Below, one piece after another: positions 39,072-42,519 of a stretch of 42,519 nt of DNA (the first letter of the stretch is position 1; each line of letters starts with the position of its first letter). This stretch comes from an uncultured Alphaproteobacteria bacterium. Lineage in GTDB: Bacteria; Electryoneota; RPQS01; DYHQ01. The notes beneath the pieces were generated by a model. That model was not told the DNA's origin. It saw only the letters and a list, made by a program, of their open reading frames with translations, and did not search any database. The stretch covers positions 1 to 42,519 of the forward strand of contig CAZADO010000183.1 of NCBI GenBank assembly GCA_964483885.1, given 5' to 3'. The position numbers were made by a program, and so were the translations under genes.

Positions 39072-40184
39072 TTATAGAACTTTATCGAAAATCCGATATG
39101 TCTTATACGGTTTCGAGCCGATCATTTCTGCGGCTTCTCTCATCAGTTCGTTGTCTTCGAGTATCCAGGAGAATTCGCCCCATGTGTAGCCTTTCTTCGT
39201 GCCCGCTTCATACGTGCGCCAGTAGAATACGACATCCACTCCGCGTCGTCGGTATTCGGGGATGACGCCCATCGTCAGGACGCGAACACCGTCGATTTTC
39301 CTTTTGTGATAGAGCAGTTTGAAAATGCCGAAGGGCAGCAGGCGGCCGTTCACTTTCGCCAGAGCTTGATTGATGTTCGGCAGCGCCAGACTGAAGCCGA
39401 CAGGCTCACCATCGTTTTCCGCGAACCAGAGAAGCTCCGGATCCAGAATCATCTTCATATCTTTGGCTGTTTTGTGGAATTCGGCATCCGTCATGGGAAC
39501 AAAGCCCCAATTGTCTTCCCATGCCTTATTGTAAATTTCTTTGACGCGGGATACATCCTCCCAGAAATTTTTTATATTCAGAGAGCGAATGGTCAGCTTC
39601 GTACGTTTTTCGAGGGCAGGTCCTAATCGACGCAGTTTTTCAGATACATCGGATTCTGTCATCAGGTATGCCAATAAATCCTTCGCCTTTTGAAAGCCCG
39701 CCGCTTCTAAGAGTCTAATATAGTAGCGAGGATTGTACGGCATCATCACCGCAGGCGGGCGGTCAAAGCCTTCATAGAGCAAGCCGCATTCTTCGTTCGT
39801 GGAGAAGTTCATCGGCCCGCGAAGCACCGTCATACCACGTTCCTGCACAAAATCGCCCGCCGCCTGAAAAAGCGCACGGGCTACCTCCCCATCATCAATG
39901 GAATCAAAGAACCCGAAAAAACCGACAGTATCCCTATGAAAGTCGTTGTGAGCGCGATTCACAATCGCGGCAATCCGTCCGACAACCTGTCCGTTTCGTC
40001 GCGCCAGAAACGGCTGTACATCCCCATGTTCATAGAAGGGATGTTTGGATTTGTTGAAAAGGAGCCTGTGTTCGATGATAAGCGGCGGCACCCAATTGGG
40101 ATCACCTTGGTAAATCCCCCAGGGGAATGTGATGAACTCTTTAAGTGCTGGCCTGTTCTGAACGGACTCGATTTGTAGGGACAC
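39072..40184 (-). CDS. Uncharacterised GNAT-like (acyl-CoA N-acyltransferase fold) protein
   Basis: About 370 aa. The N-terminal LKEFITFPWGIYQGDPNWVPPL block is one I recall from a widespread unannotated 'GNAT family' group. The C-terminal VIPEYRRRGVDVVFY resembles the GNAT CoA-binding loop. The track start is TTG 40202 (62-nt overlap with the upstream gene). GTG 40184 (MSLQIESVQNRPALKEF) gives a 44-nt overlap. Confidence 0.55.
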   Translation of the reverse strand: MSLQIESVQNRPALKEFITFPWGIYQGDPNWVPPLIIEHRLLFNKSKHPFYEHGDVQPFLARRNGQVVGRIAAIVNRAHNDFHRDTVGFFGFFDSIDDGEVARALFQAAGDFVQERGMTVLRGPMNFSTNEECGLLYEGFDRPPAVMMPYNPRYYIRLLEAAGFQKAKDLLAYLMTESDVSEKLRRLGPALEKRTKLTIRSLNIKNFWEDVSRVKEIYNKAWEDNWGFVPMTDAEFHKTAKDMKMILDPELLWFAENDGEPVGFSLALPNINQALAKVNGRLLPFGIFKLLYHKRKIDGVRVLTMGVIPEYRRRGVDVVFYWRTYEAGTKKGYTWGEFSWILEDNELMREAAEMIGSKPYKTYRIFDKVL

Positions 40185-41373
40185 TCTCTGTCTCCTGTGC
40201 AAGATGAAAAACGCGAGCCAGCTTTTCCAGTTTATCGAGGGCGAAATCGAGTTGTTTAATCGTGTGAGTGGACATGACCGAGAAACGAATCAGGCTTTGA
40301 CCGGGTTGCACAGCCGGCGGCACAACCGGATTGACGAAAATGCCTTCTTCCTGTAGCCAATGGCAGACTTCGAAAGTTTTCATTTCATCGCCAATCAATG
40401 CGGGAATAATCGGAGTCTCGGACAGCAGCGTATCAAAACCGATGGATTTCAAGCCTTCACGCAGATAATCGGCATTACGCCAAAGCAGTGTGCGACGTTC
40501 CGGTTCGCGGAGGATAATTCGCAGTGCAGCAATGACAGCCGCTACGGACGCCGGCGGAGGACTTGCAGAGAAAATCAACGCGCGGCTGTGATGCTTGAGG
40601 AAATGAATCACATCTTCCGATGCCGCGACAAAACCTCCGATAGAAGCCAAAGATTTGGAGAAAGTTCCCATCACTAATTCCACATCGCCGTTTAGTCCGA
40701 AATGATTGGCTGTTCCTTCGCCTTTCGGACCCAACACGCCGATGGAATGAGCATCGTCGAGGAAAATATCTGCGCCATATTTTTTACAGACATCAACAAT
40801 TCCCGGAAGCTTGCAGATATCGCCGTCCATCGAGAAAATGCCTTCTGTAACGACGAGGATGCTCTTCGTATGAAGTCTCTGCAGTACTCTCTCGAGATCC
40901 TTCGTATCATTGTGGCGGAATTTGACCATCTTTCCGAAGGACAACCGCGCTCCGTCGATGATGGACGCATGATCCAAAGCGTCGGTGACGATGATGCTGT
41001 TACGTCCCATTAGTGCTGAGATGACACCTTGGTTGACTTGAAATCCGGTCGAGTACAGAAGTACCGCTTCTTTCTCGAGGAATTCCGCAAGTCTTTCTTC
41101 GCATTCGATATGAATGCGAAGAGTCCCGTTCAAAAATCTTGAACCGGCGCATCCTGCTCCATAGCGCTGAATCGCTTCGATGGCAGCCTGCTTTACTTCC
41201 GGATGATTCGTCAGACCCAGATAGTTGTTGGAGCCGAGCATGAGGACTTTTTTCCCGTACATCTCCACAACCGTATCCTGATCCGATTCTATCGGGCGAA
41301 AATAGGGATAAATTCCTGCCGCCATAACGTCTTTAGCGGTTTGGAATTTTTGAGCTTTTTCTTTAATACGCAA
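40141..41373 (-). CDS. PLP-dependent alpha-oxoamine synthase (serine palmitoyltransferase / KBL / BioF family; Spt-like)
   Basis: 410 aa. SMDGD, DDAHSIGVLGPKGEGT, and the PLP-lysine motif GTFSKSLASIGGF, which resembles bacterial Spt more than the BioF or KBL motifs as I remember them. TTG start 41373; ATG 41325 is an alternative. Confidence 0.8.
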   Translation of the reverse strand: MRIKEKAQKFQTAKDVMAAGIYPYFRPIESDQDTVVEMYGKKVLMLGSNNYLGLTNHPEVKQAAIEAIQRYGAGCAGSRFLNGTLRIHIECEERLAEFLEKEAVLLYSTGFQVNQGVISALMGRNSIIVTDALDHASIIDGARLSFGKMVKFRHNDTKDLERVLQRLHTKSILVVTEGIFSMDGDICKLPGIVDVCKKYGADIFLDDAHSIGVLGPKGEGTANHFGLNGDVELVMGTFSKSLASIGGFVAASEDVIHFLKHHSRALIFSASPPPASVAAVIAALRIILREPERRTLLWRNADYLREGLKSIGFDTLLSETPIIPALIGDEMKTFEVCHWLQEEGIFVNPVVPPAVQPGQSLIRFSVMSTHTIKQLDFALDKLEKLARVFHLAQETESVPTNRVRSEQAST

Positions 41374-41396
41374 ATGAAATTACCTTTAAATTAGCT

Positions 41397-41729
41397 CTAC
41401 CAGCGCTTTTCAAAAAAATCCGAAAGAAAGGGAATGTCGTGTGTTTTCCCTCGCAGTACCTTGTAAATACCAAACAGAGCGAAACAGATGCACAAGAAGA
41501 GAACAATATCCCAGATGATTCGGAAACGAAGCAGCAGAGCCAAAATTTCGACAAGGAAGAGAGCAAATCCCAAACGTGCGTGCCTTGCGACGAAGTCACT
41601 GTGCTGTTTCTGCAGTAATGGTATCAGACAAATAATGGGGATGTACGCTAAAACGGCGAGAATTTTTTCGTCTTCGCCGATTTTCTCATCGGGTTGAACA
41701 GGCGAGTCAGTATTATTCGGCACAGCCAT
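41397..41729 (-). CDS. Small integral membrane protein (possibly DUF4870-like)
   Basis: The track ORF (to 41816) runs into the tRNA. The internal ATG 41729 has GGAG 7 nt upstream and gives 110 aa: MAVPNNTDSPVQPDEKIGEDEKILAVLAYIPIICLIPLLQKQHSDFVARHARLGFALFLVE..., with 2-3 TM segments. Confidence 0.5.
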   Translation of the reverse strand: MAVPNNTDSPVQPDEKIGEDEKILAVLAYIPIICLIPLLQKQHSDFVARHARLGFALFLVEILALLLRFRIIWDIVLFLCICFALFGIYKVLRGKTHDIPFLSDFFEKRW

Positions 41730-41758
41730 CGCGACTCCAAAAGAATAAAGGGAAATCG

Positions 41759-41831
41759 TACCCCCGGCGGGATTCGAACCCACGCACCTGGCTCCGGAGG
41801 CCAGCGCTCTATCCAACTGAGCTACGGGGGC
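41759..41831 (-). tRNA. tRNA-Arg (anticodon CCG)
   Basis: Reverse complement: GCCCCCGTAGCTCAGTTGGATAGAGCGCTGGCCTCCGGAGCCAGGTGCGTGGGTTCGAATCCCGCCGGGGGTA (73 nt). It folds as a cloverleaf with a 7-bp acceptor stem (G1-U72), D arm GCTC/GAGC, anticodon stem CTGGC/GCCAG, loop CU-CCG-GA, and T arm GTGGG-TTCGAAT-CCCGC. CCA is not encoded. Confidence 0.9.
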
Positions 41832-42043
41832 AAGCTAAAAAGTGGCAAGAAGGCTTAATAATGTAAATATAAAGAAAGTTATAGGAAAACGCAACAACTA
41901 TTTATACACGCAGCTCGCGAATTGATGCTTCGAAAAACATCGAGAAGGGTCATTATAACTAACCTATTATAATAAATCATGTTATTAAAAAAGAATCCTT
42001 TGAATTCCTACTCAGAATTTTTTAAGTTAGCTTAAAAAAATGC

Positions 42044-42072
42044 TTGACAAGTTCAAATGTTTGACGTATAAT
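42044..42072 (+). promoter_or_regulatory. Consensus sigma70-type promoter for the plus-strand secreted-protein gene
   Basis: TTGACA (42044-42049), an exactly 17-nt spacer, then TATAAT (42067-42072). It sits in an AT-rich intergenic region roughly 95 nt upstream of the ATG at 42168. GGAGGA RBS at 42155-42160. Confidence 0.6.
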
Positions 42073-42167
42073 TACTATAGTATGCAAAACGCAGGCTTCA
42101 TAGAGGTGTAATCTGTTTATTTCGAATATATCCTGTTGTTCAAACTACACTTACGGAGGACGAGAAA

Positions 42168-42519
42168 ATGAAGTACAAGATTGCTATTTGTTTGATGGTA
42201 TTATTTGCCATTGGAGTGTCTACCAGTTTTGGTGCCATTGGTTGGGCAGGGAATATTTGGCCGACGAGTGGCCAGACGTATTTACCTACGGATGACATTA
42301 GTATCTATGTTCAAATCTGGAAAGATGGCTGTACAGCCGGCGCTGGTCGATGCGACAGTCTGGCCGCCTGGCTCTACTATAAAAAGGCATCCGACGCGGA
42401 TTATGATTCCGTGGCCATGGGTTATCTCGGTGAAGTGGGAGACAATGACGAATATACGGCTTTCATCCCCTCCTCTGCAACTCAAGGAGGAGAGGATGAA
42501 AATTTCTATTGCAGGCTTT
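42168..42519 (+). CDS. Partial CDS (N-terminus; runs off the right edge): secreted protein of unknown function
   Basis: Not in the ORF track. Hand translation: MKYKIAICLMVLFAIGVSTSFGAIGWAGNIWPTSGQTYLPTDDISIYVQIWKDGCTAGAGRCDSLAAWLYYKKASDADYDSVAMGYLGEVGDNDEYTAFIPSSATQGGEDENFYCRL... It has a clear signal peptide, a strong RBS, and stays open to the window end. Confidence 0.6.
   Translation, partial: MKYKIAICLMVLFAIGVSTSFGAIGWAGNIWPTSGQTYLPTDDISIYVQIWKDGCTAGAGRCDSLAAWLYYKKASDADYDSVAMGYLGEVGDNDEYTAFIPSSATQGGEDENFYCRL

Noticed and set aside
41730-41816. N-terminal extension of the 139-aa ORF into the tRNA-Arg gene.
   Set aside because: It overlaps the tRNA on the same strand. The internal ATG at 41729 has a GGAG RBS and gives a sensible membrane protein.
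41759-41831. Possibility that the tRNA next to this sel-gene-containing array is tRNA-Sec (selC).
   Set aside because: It is 73 nt long with a 7-bp acceptor stem, a short variable loop and anticodon CCG. tRNA-Sec would have anticodon UCA, a long variable arm and an 8+5 acceptor/T-arm geometry.
1-42519. Scan for CRISPR arrays, transposases/IS ends, integrases next to the tRNA, prophage or defence-island genes, and large direct or inverted repeats.
   Set aside because: None were recognised by eye. All large ORFs have housekeeping or envelope assignments. No repeat-spacer periodicity is visible, and the tRNA is flanked by a small membrane protein and a promoter region rather than an integrase. 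A computational repeat search would be needed to exclude short dispersed repeats.

Overview
This 42.5-kb window looks like ordinary chromosome. About 40 consecutive minus-strand genes plus one tRNA run with very short or overlapping junctions. The only strand switch is at the far right end, where a partial plus-strand secreted-protein gene sits behind a consensus sigma70-type promoter.

Most of the content is recognisable housekeeping:
- the yceD-rpmF-plsX-fabH-fabD-fabG-acpP-fabF-rnc lipid cluster
- maeB and folD
- an acyl-CoA dehydrogenase, a NUDIX hydrolase, a fadD-like ligase and comM/yifB
- a bifunctional nuclease
- selA and selB (selenocysteine machinery)
- an NfeD/SPFH pair
- an AddA-like and an AddB-like helicase-nuclease, separated by about 8 kb
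- a small glycan module (GT2, GT4, flippase, short GT-C enzyme)

A T9SS-type C-terminal sorting domain suggests an FCB-superphylum host; that is an inference. I saw no CRISPR array, transposase, integrase, phage genes or recognisable defence system.

Two regions are the best candidates for uncharacterised biology. The first is a four-gene envelope module at 21302-25068: a thioredoxin lipoprotein, a T9SS cargo protein, a TlpA-like protein and a predicted outer-membrane beta-barrel, whose last gene overlaps the selA start. The second is a serine-palmitoyltransferase-like alpha-oxoamine synthase overlapping an uncharacterised GNAT-like protein at 39072-41373. Both interpretations rest on motif recognition and gene context and need database searches.

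The ORF track prints M for GTG and TTG starts, so several 5' ends are uncertain. Stop codons are firm.
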